64,000 nt of DNA from Alphaproteobacteria bacterium (GTDB lineage: Bacteria; Pseudomonadota; Alphaproteobacteria; MPNO01; UBA830): contig OZ251539.1 in assembly GCA_965243135.1 (NCBI GenBank), positions 1,376,001 to 1,440,000 of the forward strand, given 5' to 3'. The translations under genes were made by a program, and so were the position numbers. This document shows positions 30,315 to 40,295 of the stretch, in pieces. Under the pieces are notes generated by a model. That model searched no databases, was not told where the DNA came from, and saw only the letters and a list, made by a program, of their open reading frames with translations. Every line of letters begins with the position of its first letter. Within the stretch, counting starts at the first letter, position 1.

Positions 30315-31028
30315 TCACGCGAGGCCCGCCCGGATCGGTCCGTCGGGGGTCTTGCGCACGAACTGCGCGACGTAGGGGTTGTCGGCGGCGTCGATATCCG
30401 CGCCCGTCCAGACCACGCGCCCCTCGTGAAGCATCACGGTCCGATCCGCGATCGACCGGGCGACGTCGAGGTTGCTGGTCGCGGTGATCGCCGTCGCTCC
30501 CAGTCTCGCGACGTTTTCGGCGATCAGGTCGGTGATGATTCCGGTCATGACCGGATCGAGGCCCGCCGTCGGTTCGTCCAGCAGCAGGAGGTCCGGATCG
30601 TCCGCGAGCGCCCGGGCGAGTCCGACCCGTTTCTGCATGCCGCCGGACAGCTCGACCGGATAGAGGAAGGCCGCTTCGGCGTCGAGGCCGACCTGAGCCA
30701 GCCTCGCCGTGGCGGCGGCGATCGCGTCGTCCCGCCTGGCCCTGAGCCTGAAAGCGATGTTTTCCCAGACCGTCAGGCTGTCGAACAATGCGGCGCGCTG
30801 GAACAGCATGCCGATCCGGACGCCGTCGGCGAACCCTTCGACGCTTCCCGACTCCGGGCGGAAAAGGCCGGCGAGCGTCTTCAGCGTCACTGTCTTGCCC
30901 GCGGCGGTGGGGCCGATCAGGACCAGGGATTTTCCGCTCTCGGCCTCGAAGCCGACGCCGTCCAGAACGCGCGCGCCTTCCAACCGCACGGTGACGTTCC
31001 TCAGCGAAATCCCCGCCCGGCCGGTCAT
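30315..31028 (-). CDS. ABC transporter ATP-binding protein (MlaF-like)
   Basis: GPTAAGKT, LFQRAALFDSLTVWEN, LSGGMQKR, LLDEPTAGLDP. Confidence 0.85.
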   Translation of the reverse strand: MTGRAGISLRNVTVRLEGARVLDGVGFEAESGKSLVLIGPTAAGKTVTLKTLAGLFRPESGSVEGFADGVRIGMLFQRAALFDSLTVWENIAFRLRARRDDAIAAATARLAQVGLDAEAAFLYPVELSGGMQKRVGLARALADDPDLLLLDEPTAGLDPVMTGIITDLIAENVARLGATAITATSNLDVARSIADRTVMLHEGRVVWTGADIDAADNPYVAQFVRKTPDGPIRAGLA

Positions 31029-31310
31029 GCGCCGCCGGATCCCGGCAAGCGCCGCCGCCGCCCGCGGCGGGACGCGGAAGAGTCCCGGCCGGAGACGCCC
31101 GCGCCGCGAACGGCCGCGTCGACTCGACAGCGCTTCGGCATGATCGTCCCTTCAAGAGTCGTTCCGGGCATCATGTCACCCTTGCGCGGCGGTGTCATGT
31201 CCGCCCGCGCCGCCGTCCCGCGAGGCGAGGCGTCGGCGCCGCCCGCTTCCATTCCGGCGGAAATTCGTTCAAAACGCTTCCGGAAGCGGCGGCATGGAAG
31301 GGTTCGAGTC

Positions 31311-32357
31311 ATGTTCACGGATCGCATCGAGGCCAAGTGGATCGACACGTTCTGTTCGGTATTCGAGCTGTGCGGGTTGTCGCCGGGCGACACCGCTGCC
31401 GTTTTGTCGGAAACGCAGTCGCGCGAGCTGAACGTCCATCTCGCGGAGCTCGCCCTGCGGCGTCTGAATGTCCGCGCCTTTCACGTGAAGCTCGTGTCCC
31501 CGCTCCAGACCGCGCCGGTTCCGGTGCGCTCCACGGGCGCGTCGAACGCGGTGCAGGGGCTTGCTCCCGTCGTCGCGGCCCTGGGAGCCTCGACGATCGT
31601 GGTGGACTGCACCGTGGAAGGGCTGCTTCATGCGCAGGAATTGCCGCAAATCCTCGAGGGCGGCGCGCGCCTCATGATGATTTCCAACGAGCATCCGGAC
31701 GTTCTCGAACGGCTGGCGCCGGATCCCGAACTCGCCCCGAGGGTGAAGAACGGCGTGCGGAAACTGTCGGCCGCGAGCCGCATGACGGTCGAGTCCGATG
31801 CCGGCACCGAACTGGAGATCGACGTCGACGGGACGCGCGGCGCGGGCGTCTGGGGCTTTTGCGACCGGCCGGGGCACGTCGCTCACTGGCCGGGCGGACT
31901 GGTGCTCTGCTTTCCGGCGGCGGGCGCCGTCAACGGCAAGCTGGTGCTGGACGCGGGCGACGTCAATCTGACCTTCAAGCGCTATCTCGAAGCTCCGATC
32001 GCCCTCGAAATCGAAAACGACTACATAACGGACATCGCGGGCGACGGGCTCGACGCGGACCTCTTCCGCAACTACATCGCCGCTTGGGGAGATCGAGAGG
32101 CGTACGCGGCGTCGCACGTAGGTTGGGGCATGAACCCCGCGGCTCGCTGGGAGGCGCTCGCCATGTACGACAGGCGGGACGTCAACGGCACCGAACTTCG
32201 GGCCTTCGCCGGCAACTTTCTCTATTCGACGGGCGCCAACGAAACCGCGGGCCGCTACACCTTGGGGCATTTCGACATTCCCGTGCGCAACTGCACGATC
32301 CGCCTCGACGGCGAGGCGGTGGTGGACAAGGGCGTCCTGCAGGGAGAACTGGCGTGA
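31311..32357 (+). CDS. NicX-like (2,5-dihydroxypyridine dioxygenase)/peptidase M29-fold protein
   Basis: PVPVRSTG, HWPGG, SHVGWGMN, NFLYSTG, GHFDIP. Confidence 0.75.
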   Translation: MFTDRIEAKWIDTFCSVFELCGLSPGDTAAVLSETQSRELNVHLAELALRRLNVRAFHVKLVSPLQTAPVPVRSTGASNAVQGLAPVVAALGASTIVVDCTVEGLLHAQELPQILEGGARLMMISNEHPDVLERLAPDPELAPRVKNGVRKLSAASRMTVESDAGTELEIDVDGTRGAGVWGFCDRPGHVAHWPGGLVLCFPAAGAVNGKLVLDAGDVNLTFKRYLEAPIALEIENDYITDIAGDGLDADLFRNYIAAWGDREAYAASHVGWGMNPAARWEALAMYDRRDVNGTELRAFAGNFLYSTGANETAGRYTLGHFDIPVRNCTIRLDGEAVVDKGVLQGELA

Positions 32358-33184
32358 CGGGCGTTCCCGACTGCGCGGTCGCCGGCGACGGCGAGGTTCT
32401 GCTGTTCCTTCACGGCGTGGGCGGCGGCGCGCGATGCTGGGAGCCGCAGCTGGCCCATTATTCGGACCGTTATCTCGCCGCCGCCTGGGACATGCCCGGC
32501 TACGGGAACAGCGTCCTGAACGGGCGCATGACGTTTCCGCTGTTGTCGGAGGCCCTTCTCGCGCTGTTCGACGCGCGCGGCTGGGAACGGGCGCATCTGG
32601 TGGGACATTCCATGGGCGGAATGGTGGCGCAGGAGTTCGCCGCGGACCATCAGGACCGTCTGCATTCCCTTGCGCTCTCGGGCACCAGTCCCGCCTTCGG
32701 GCGGCCCGACGGCGAATTCCAGAAGAAGTTCGTGGCCGACAGGCTGGCTCCGCTCGCGGCGGGCGCGTCGATGGAGGACCTCGCCCGGGAGCTGGTCGAG
32801 GACATGATGTCGCCGGACGCGGACCCGGACGGCCGGGCGATCGCCTACGCCTGCATGGCCGAGGTCTCTCCCGACGCCTACCGCGCCGCGATCGAGTGCA
32901 TCGTCGGTTTCGACCGCCGCGCCGATCTCGCCCGCATCCGCGTCCCCGCTCTGGCGCTCGCGGGCGGGGAAGACGTCAACGCGCCGGCGGCGATGATGGA
33001 GAAGATGGCGGCCCGCATCCCGTCCTGCCGCTACATATGCCTGGAAGGACTCGGGCATCTCGCCAATCTGGAGGATCCGGCGGCGTTCAACCGCGAGCTG
33101 GACTCCTTTCTCGAAACCGCGGCGGCATGGGTGGAAGAACTGTCTTCGGACGAGGAGGTCTATCATGGCAAGCCGCACCCGTAG
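32354..33184 (+). CDS. Alpha/beta hydrolase
   Basis: FLHGVGG, DMPGYG, GHSMGG nucleophile elbow, GHLANLE. Confidence 0.9.
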   Translation: MTGVPDCAVAGDGEVLLFLHGVGGGARCWEPQLAHYSDRYLAAAWDMPGYGNSVLNGRMTFPLLSEALLALFDARGWERAHLVGHSMGGMVAQEFAADHQDRLHSLALSGTSPAFGRPDGEFQKKFVADRLAPLAAGASMEDLARELVEDMMSPDADPDGRAIAYACMAEVSPDAYRAAIECIVGFDRRADLARIRVPALALAGGEDVNAPAAMMEKMAARIPSCRYICLEGLGHLANLEDPAAFNRELDSFLETAAAWVEELSSDEEVYHGKPHP

Positions 33185-33226
33185 AACGGTTCCCGAGGCG
33201 CCGCGAGGCCCGAGGTCGAAAAAACG

Positions 33227-34654
33227 ATGATAGGCGTCGACTATCTGGCGAAGAAGCTCGGTCGCGAGCCGAAGAGCGTTCGTCGGAGCCTGCGCGCCCT
33301 CTACCCCGACCACCGGAAGCACTCCCGGTGGCAGTGGGAATCGGAGGAGAAAGCCGATGAAGTGATCGAACTGATCAGGGGGGGCGCGGCGGAAAACGCG
33401 GAGAAGATCCGAAAGGCTGACGAAGGGGAAGGCGAAGCGATGGAATGGCGCGAGTTGGCGGGCGACGCGGAAGGAATCCGGCGTGTCGTCGAGAAGCTGG
33501 GCCGCGAGAAATTCGCGCCGCGCGCCTCGAGATACGACGAGGAGGCGTCGTTTCCGGTCGAAAACTACGACGACATGCGCGAGGCGGGGATCCTCGCGAT
33601 GACCGTGCCGGAGCGGTACGGCGGCCTCGGCGTCGAGTACGCCGGCTACGCGATGATCGCCGCCGAGATGGGACGCTGGTGCGGGGCGACCGCGTTGACC
33701 TACAACATGCACGCCTGCACGCCGCTGTGGACCGGGCATATCACGGACGATCTCGACATGCCGGATGTCGATCGCCGGCGGCACGAGAAAAACCGCGAGC
33801 TGCATTTCGGGCGCATCGTCGAGGACGGCGCGATCTTCGCGCAGCCGTTCTCCGAAGGATCGGCCGCCGCCGCGGGCAAGGCTCCCTTCGGCACGCTGGC
33901 CAGCAAGGTGGACGGCGGCTGGCTCCTGAACGGCAAGAAAATCTTCGCGTCGCTGTCCGGGGCGGCGACCTATTACGGCGTTCTCTGCACCGAGGACAAG
34001 CCGGACCGCTCGGTTCGCGACACGCTTTTCGTCGCGGTTCCGGCGGCGGCCGAGGGCGTTTCGATCGTCGGGCCGTGGGATCCGGTCGGAATGCGGGCGA
34101 CCGTCTCGCGCACGCTGCTGATGAACGACGTTTTCGTGCCGGACGAGCAGATGCTGATGCCGCGCGGCGTCTATCACCAGGCGGCGCGGCGCTGGCCGCA
34201 CATGTTCCTGACCCTGTGCCCCACCTACATGGGCATCGCCCAGGCGGCCTACGACTTCACGGTCTCCTACCTTCGGGGCGAAGTCGAGGGAATCCCGGTC
34301 AAGAGGCGCATGTATCCGACCAAGCAGATCACCGTCGCCGAAATGTGGGTCAAGCTGCAGCAGACATGGGCGATCTTCAGGCAGGCGCTGGCCGAGGCGC
34401 GGATCGATCCGTCCAAGGAGGACCGCCTTCGCGCCTATGCGGCGCAGTACACGGTGATGGAAAACGCCAACGAGATGTGCCGGCTCGCGATCCGGACCTG
34501 CGGCGGCCAGTCGATGCTGAAATCCCTGCCGCTCGAGCGCCTCTACCGCGATTCGCGCCTCGGATCGCTGATGCTCCCGTGGACGGCCGAGCTGTGCCTC
34601 GACCGGCTGGGGCGCGAGACGCTCTACGAGCACGGCGAGTCGGACGACGATTGA
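33227..34654 (+). CDS. Acyl-CoA dehydrogenase family protein with ~70-aa N-terminal extension (alternative start 33440)
   Basis: FPVENY, YGGLG, QPFSE, LNGKKIFAS, WDPVGMRAT, LERLYRD. Confidence 0.9.
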   Translation: MIGVDYLAKKLGREPKSVRRSLRALYPDHRKHSRWQWESEEKADEVIELIRGGAAENAEKIRKADEGEGEAMEWRELAGDAEGIRRVVEKLGREKFAPRASRYDEEASFPVENYDDMREAGILAMTVPERYGGLGVEYAGYAMIAAEMGRWCGATALTYNMHACTPLWTGHITDDLDMPDVDRRRHEKNRELHFGRIVEDGAIFAQPFSEGSAAAAGKAPFGTLASKVDGGWLLNGKKIFASLSGAATYYGVLCTEDKPDRSVRDTLFVAVPAAAEGVSIVGPWDPVGMRATVSRTLLMNDVFVPDEQMLMPRGVYHQAARRWPHMFLTLCPTYMGIAQAAYDFTVSYLRGEVEGIPVKRRMYPTKQITVAEMWVKLQQTWAIFRQALAEARIDPSKEDRLRAYAAQYTVMENANEMCRLAIRTCGGQSMLKSLPLERLYRDSRLGSLMLPWTAELCLDRLGRETLYEHGESDDD

Positions 34655-36201
34655 TGGACGTCTCGCACTGGATCGAACGTTGGGCGGATTTCCACCCGGA
34701 CAAGACGGCGATCCGGTTCGAGGGGCGGGAAATTTCCTACGCGGCGCTAAATGCGCGGATACGCCGGACGGCCGCGTCGATGCGCGAATCGCTCGGCGTC
34801 GGTTACGGCGACCGCGTGGCGTTTCTCGGTTTCAACTCGCCGGACATGCTGACGCTGCTGTTCGCCTGCGCGCGGCTGGGCGCGATGCTGGTGCCGCTCA
34901 ACTGGCGGCTGGCGCCGCCCGAACACCTGTACATCCTGCAGCATTCGGGAGCGAAGGCGCTGTTCTGCGAACCGGAATTCGTCGAGGGCGCGGAAGCCAA
35001 CCGCGACGCGCTGCCGGATTGCCGCCGCGTGAGGATGGCGGGGGAGGGCGAAGGCTGGGAAGATTTCGAGGCGCTCCACGCCGCTGCTTCCGGCGAGGCG
35101 TCGGACGCGAGGGCCGGGCCGGACGCGCCGCTGTTGATCGTGTACACGTCCGGCACGACCGGCCGTCCCAAGGGTGCCGTTCTCGACCAGAACGCGCTCA
35201 CGTTCAACGCGGTCAACTCGATCGCCATGCACGACATGACGAGCCGCGACCTCGTCCTCACCAACCTTCCGATGTTCCATGTCGGCGGCCTCAACATCCA
35301 GACCACGCCGGCGCTTCACGCCGGGGCGGAAGTCATCGTGCACCGGCGTTTCGACGCGGACGCGACCGTTCGGACGATCCGGGAGGAACGGCCGAGCCTG
35401 ACGATCCTCGTGCCGGCGCTGATGGCGGCGGTGATGGCCCATCCGGCCTGGGGAGACCTGGATTTCGGATCGCTGAGGGCCGTCAACACCGGGTCCACCA
35501 CCGTTCCGCCGTCGCTGCTCGACGCCTGGCTGGGCCGGGGCGTTCCCGTGATTCAGGTTTACGGATCGACCGAAACCGCGCCCATCGCCATTCACCAGCG
35601 CATTCCCGGGGCGTGGACGACCCGAGGCTCCACCGGCCGCGCGGCCCTCCACTGCGACGCGAAGATCGTCGACGCCGACGGCCGGGAACTCGGCCCCGGA
35701 GAAAAGGGCGAGATCCTGGTGCGCGGCCCCAGCGTCATGAAGGAATACTGGAACGATCCCGAGGCGACGGCCGATGCGCTCAGGAACGGCTGGTTCCATA
35801 CCGGCGACATCGGGCACGCGGACGCCGACGGCCTCTTCTACGTGGACGACCGCGTCAAGGACGTCATCATCTCGGGGTCGGAAAACATCTACCCGGCCGA
35901 ACTCGAAATGGTGCTCGACGAATGCGCCGACATCGCCGAGGCGGCCGTGGTCGGACGGCCGGACGTAAAATGGGGAGAAGTGCCGGTCGCGGTCGTCGTC
36001 GCGGCGGCGGGTTCCGAACCGACCCGCGCAAGCGTGATCGACCTGTTCCAGGGACGTATCGCCCGCTACAAGCATCCTCGCGACGTCGTGTTCGTCGAGT
36101 CGCTGCCGCGCAACGTGATGGGCAAGGTTCTTAAGTTCGAACTCAGGAAGACGCTGTCCGGCGAGGCGGGCCGGCCGGCAGCGGACGGCGCGCCGTGTTG
36201 A
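34654..36201 (+). CDS. Acyl-CoA synthetase (AMP-binding)
   Basis: YTSGTTGRPKG, YGSTE, WFHTGD, LPRNVMGK. Confidence 0.93.
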   Translation: MDVSHWIERWADFHPDKTAIRFEGREISYAALNARIRRTAASMRESLGVGYGDRVAFLGFNSPDMLTLLFACARLGAMLVPLNWRLAPPEHLYILQHSGAKALFCEPEFVEGAEANRDALPDCRRVRMAGEGEGWEDFEALHAAASGEASDARAGPDAPLLIVYTSGTTGRPKGAVLDQNALTFNAVNSIAMHDMTSRDLVLTNLPMFHVGGLNIQTTPALHAGAEVIVHRRFDADATVRTIREERPSLTILVPALMAAVMAHPAWGDLDFGSLRAVNTGSTTVPPSLLDAWLGRGVPVIQVYGSTETAPIAIHQRIPGAWTTRGSTGRAALHCDAKIVDADGRELGPGEKGEILVRGPSVMKEYWNDPEATADALRNGWFHTGDIGHADADGLFYVDDRVKDVIISGSENIYPAELEMVLDECADIAEAAVVGRPDVKWGEVPVAVVVAAAGSEPTRASVIDLFQGRIARYKHPRDVVFVESLPRNVMGKVLKFELRKTLSGEAGRPAADGAPC

Positions 36202-36632
36202 GCGAACTTCCCGAGAACGCGGCCGAGGAGTCGCTCGGCGAAAGCGCCGTCCGCCGGAAATCGAGGGAGGCGGCCGGAGAAAAAATGCGGCGCGGACTCG
36301 TCCTTCGCCCGGGCCGGCTCGACGTCGCGAGGCGGCGAGGGCGGTTTCTGACGTTCGAAGCGGAAGGAGTTATCGCTGCCGCTTCGAATTCCCCAGGCGC
36401 CTGCGGAAGCGTTCGCGGCTGCGTTACCGATGATCGCTGAAGAACGATCTTCAGGAGCGCCCGTCGCCGGTTGCGCTTCTGGCCGGTTCCCGCCCGGAAG
36501 CGCCATTCCGGCAACGAGACGCGGCCCTCCCTGCGAACCGCCCAGACGCGTTCGGGAGGCGATCTCCGTCGCCCGCCGGAGCGGCGAAAAACGACGAAAC
36601 GGCGCCGGGACGTTCCGTCGGGGGGTAGCGGC

Positions 36633-37469
36633 ATGAACGGAGGCCGGGCCAGGCGCATCGTGGACGAACGGCAGCGGGAATGGGCGGCAGGGCTCGGACT
36701 CGAAGTCGACGCCCGGGGTTATCTCCCGACCGTGAACGAGAATTTGTTCGAGCCTCTTTCCGGGGAGGCGTTGTCCGCTTTCGGAACGGCCGCCGGACAG
36801 GAATTGTACGACAGCGGCCGCAGGCCGGCGAAGATGAGGGCGTTGCATTCCTCCGCCGTACTCGTGTGCAACCTCTTCGATTGCTGGATCGAGAACGATC
36901 GAGGAGCCATAGGCCGAGCCTTCGGGATATCGAAGCGGATTAGCCGCGTCGAACTGGAAGCGAAGCTGCCGACCGGTCTTCCCGGCACGCCGCCTACGCT
37001 GGACTTGTTGCTGACCGGGTGGTGGGGCAAAGCGTGGGCCGTCGAATCCAAGTTTACCGAACCGCTCGCCGGCCGTCCCGAGGGCGAGCGCTTCAAGGTG
37101 GCGTATTTCGAGGGAAGGCTGTGGACCGGGCAGGGCCTTCCTCGCTGCCAGCAGCTTGCCGAAAGGCTTCAACGGGGCGAAACGGGCTTTTCCTATCTGG
37201 ACGCGTTCCAGCTGCTGAAGCACGCTCTCGGCGTCAAACGAAACCACCCGCGAGGACGGCTCATCCTGTTGTGGTTCGACACCGGCGAACGGGAGTCGCG
37301 GGATCTGGCGCGGGAGATAGACGAGTTCGCCGCGTCCGTGGACGATGCGTTGGGTTTCAGAGGCATTTCCCATCAGGAAGTCTTCGGGCGACTCGCGGCC
37401 GAAAAGGGCGCAAGGCGCGACTACGTCGATTACATGAAGGCGAGATATTTCCCGAAGCGCGGTCCATGA
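36633..37469 (+). CDS. PGN_0703-like putative PD-(D/E)XK endonuclease
   Basis: HSSAVLVCNLF, PPTLDLL...AVESKFTE, YLDAFQLLKH. Confidence 0.7.
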   Translation: MNGGRARRIVDERQREWAAGLGLEVDARGYLPTVNENLFEPLSGEALSAFGTAAGQELYDSGRRPAKMRALHSSAVLVCNLFDCWIENDRGAIGRAFGISKRISRVELEAKLPTGLPGTPPTLDLLLTGWWGKAWAVESKFTEPLAGRPEGERFKVAYFEGRLWTGQGLPRCQQLAERLQRGETGFSYLDAFQLLKHALGVKRNHPRGRLILLWFDTGERESRDLAREIDEFAASVDDALGFRGISHQEVFGRLAAEKGARRDYVDYMKARYFPKRGP

Positions 37470-38656
37470 CGAACGAAATTTCCGTGCGGAGGGCGATGAG
37501 CGTTCTTCTGCTGATCGCCTTTTTCGACATGCTGGCGCTAGGGATCATCATTCCCTTCATGCCGTTCTGGGCGGAACGCTTCGGCGCGTCCCCGGCGCTG
37601 GTCGCGATTCTTTTCGCGACCTTTTCCCTGTTCGCGTTGCTGTCGTCGTTTCCCTGGGGCGTGTTGAGCGACAGGTGGGCGCGCAAGCCGATCATTTGTC
37701 TCGGGGTCGCGGGTTCGGCGATTTCCTTCGCGTGGATCAGCCAGGCGGACACGCTTTGGGAGCTGTTCGCCGCCCGCGCGCTCGGCGGGTTGATGGGGGG
37801 CACCTTGCCGGTGGCGCACGCCTATATCGCCGACATCACCCCGGTTCGGGATCGCGCGGCGCGCATGGGGCAGATGGGAGCCGCGGTCGGAGCCGGCTTC
37901 GTCCTGGGCCCGGCGGTCGGTTGGTGGTTGACGGGCTTCGGCACGGGAGACGCGGATTTCCGGACGGCGTTCATGGTGGCGGCGGGCGTGGGCATCGCTG
38001 GCTGCATCGCCGGACTCTCGTTGTTGCGGGAGCCGCCGCGCCGCGAACCGACGAATATGCCGCGCAGCATGCCCGACCGATTCAGGGCGATCTCCGCGGC
38101 GGCGAAAATGCCCGGCATTCTGTATCCCCTTGCGGTCCTGACGATGTTCGCCTTCTGCATGGGCGGCCTCGAGAGCACCTTCGCGATGTGGACCGAACGG
38201 CAGCTTCAGTGGAACGTGCGCGAAAACGCCATCTTCTTCTTCTACATCGGCATCATTCTCATCGTGGTCCAGGGCGGGCTGGTCCGCCCGCTCGTCAGGC
38301 GGGTGGGCGAGGCTCCGCTTGCCGCCGCCGGGGCGTTTCTCATGTGCGCCGGGTTCGCCATGGTGGTCGTGGTCTATGCGGCGCCCATGGCCTTTGTCGG
38401 AGGAGCCTTGATCGCGACCGGCCTGGGTCTGGGGCAACCGGCGCTGACGGCGATGATTTCCCGTGCGGCGCCTGCCGAACAACAGGGCGCGGCAATGGGC
38501 GCGTCGCAGTCCGCCCAATCGCTGTGCCGCATTCTCGGTCCGACGTCTGCCGGGCTTGCTTTTTCCGGTTTCGGGCGCGACGCTCCGTATCTGGGGGGAG
38601 CCGTCATCCTGTTTTTCGCGTTTGTCGTTGCGCTCCGCGCGGCAAGAAGGCGATGA
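37466..38656 (+). CDS. MFS transporter (DHA1/TetA-like)
   Basis: GVLSDRWARKP motif A, AYIADIT, GFVLGPAVG; ~12 TM. Confidence 0.9.
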   Translation: MTNEISVRRAMSVLLLIAFFDMLALGIIIPFMPFWAERFGASPALVAILFATFSLFALLSSFPWGVLSDRWARKPIICLGVAGSAISFAWISQADTLWELFAARALGGLMGGTLPVAHAYIADITPVRDRAARMGQMGAAVGAGFVLGPAVGWWLTGFGTGDADFRTAFMVAAGVGIAGCIAGLSLLREPPRREPTNMPRSMPDRFRAISAAAKMPGILYPLAVLTMFAFCMGGLESTFAMWTERQLQWNVRENAIFFFYIGIILIVVQGGLVRPLVRRVGEAPLAAAGAFLMCAGFAMVVVVYAAPMAFVGGALIATGLGLGQPALTAMISRAAPAEQQGAAMGASQSAQSLCRILGPTSAGLAFSGFGRDAPYLGGAVILFFAFVVALRAARRR

Positions 38657-38870
38657 CGCGCCGGAGAGTGGGCCAACGCGGCGTTGAAGCAGGAGTCGGA
38701 GAAGTTACGTGCAACGGAAAGGTTCGGGAGTGGATCATGCGATGCGACTTCGGTTGGCGACAACGGGGGGGATTGACAACTCTGGGTTCGGAAATTACTA
38801 TAAGGCTTTCTTGCTGCCAACATGGCTGTTGCGTGCTCTCGGATGAACATCGGCAGGATATGGCGAGGAC

Positions 38871-40295
38871 ATGAAAGACGCACAAAAGACTTTTGAACTC
38901 GAAGTCGCTGATTTCGGCCCGATCGTGAAGGCAAAGATCGATCTGCGGCCTCTCACGGTTTTCGTAGGACCGAGCAACACCGGCAAATCATACTTGGCGA
39001 TGTTAATTTACATCCTTCACCGTTATTTTAACGATAAAACAGGTGTTATTCGACAATTGATGCAAATTGCAGAAAATCTGATCTCTGAACAAGACTCCAA
39101 TGAGGGTAGGTTGCAATCTGCTATACCTATCATTGACACTACTTCGTCCTCCATCGATAGCGAGTATTTTACCAGTGAAATTGAAAGGTGTTTCGGGTCA
39201 AATGACATATCAACGTTGATTCGAAAACAAAAAAAAGGTAGAGCATCTATAGTTTGGCGGTTTTCTGGAATAGCTGAAAGCGAAACGAAGATGATCGAAA
39301 ACCATTTGCGGATAGGATTGAGAAAGACCGAATTTGTTACAAATCTACATGACGAAATATCATCATCTATAGATTTAGAGAAGATGAGTGAGGAAATTGA
39401 AAGAAGTCGAAATTTTTTGCGTTCTATCTCGTCCGGTCAGATCGACGAAAGAGATTTAGACTTTGGGAGAACTGGTATAATAGCTGATATCCTTTGGTCT
39501 CTTCTTGAATACGCCTTGGTTTCTTCTGCCTACTATCTTCCGGCTGGTAGAACCGGGATAATGCACGCCCACGGCGTTATCGCCGCCGCTCTAATTGCAA
39601 GCGCGTCTCGACCGGAAGATTTGATCGGTTCTACGCCGACGCTCTCTGGAGTGTCGGCTGATTTTCTCGGACAGTTGCTCCAACTGGATCCGCGGCGTAA
39701 ATCGACAGCGGATTTCGGAAAGTGGATTGAGAAAGCCGTTCTTCAGGGCTCGATAAATGTCGAGAGGTCGCAGATCGGATATCCGCGCTTTACATATCGG
39801 CCGGAAGGATGGAGGGAAAGCCTTACCTTCCTGAAGACGTCGTCAATGATATCGGAACTAGCCCCAATAGTATTATATCTGCGGCACATAGTCAGTCCAA
39901 ATGACATGTTGATCATCGAAGAGCCGGAATCGCATTTGCATCCTGCCATGCAAATTGAATTTATGCGTCAAATCGTGCCCGTCGTTCGTGCAGGAATAAG
40001 GATCGTGATCATAACTCATAGCGAATGGATACTTGAGGAACTAGCCAATATAGTGCAACGGTCGGAAGTACCCGCATCCTGTTCCGATGAAAACGAACGC
40101 GCTTTTTCGCTGCCTTCGAAGGATGTAGGCGCATGGCTGTTCGAACCAAGAAAACGGCCGGCTGGTTCCGTAATTTCGGAGATCGGGTTGAGTGAATCCG
40201 GACTTTTTGCTGCAGGATTTGACGAGGTAGCGATGTTGCTCCACAATGACTGGGCTGAAATAAGAAGCAAAATTGGAATAAAAAATGATGATTGA
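38871..40295 (+). CDS. AAA_15/AAA_21-type ABC ATPase
   Basis: FGPI, GPSNTGKS, SSMISEL, IIEEPESHLHP, ITHS; AT-richer than flanks. Confidence 0.88.
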   Translation: MKDAQKTFELEVADFGPIVKAKIDLRPLTVFVGPSNTGKSYLAMLIYILHRYFNDKTGVIRQLMQIAENLISEQDSNEGRLQSAIPIIDTTSSSIDSEYFTSEIERCFGSNDISTLIRKQKKGRASIVWRFSGIAESETKMIENHLRIGLRKTEFVTNLHDEISSSIDLEKMSEEIERSRNFLRSISSGQIDERDLDFGRTGIIADILWSLLEYALVSSAYYLPAGRTGIMHAHGVIAAALIASASRPEDLIGSTPTLSGVSADFLGQLLQLDPRRKSTADFGKWIEKAVLQGSINVERSQIGYPRFTYRPEGWRESLTFLKTSSMISELAPIVLYLRHIVSPNDMLIIEEPESHLHPAMQIEFMRQIVPVVRAGIRIVIITHSEWILEELANIVQRSEVPASCSDENERAFSLPSKDVGAWLFEPRKRPAGSVISEIGLSESGLFAAGFDEVAMLLHNDWAEIRSKIGIKNDD

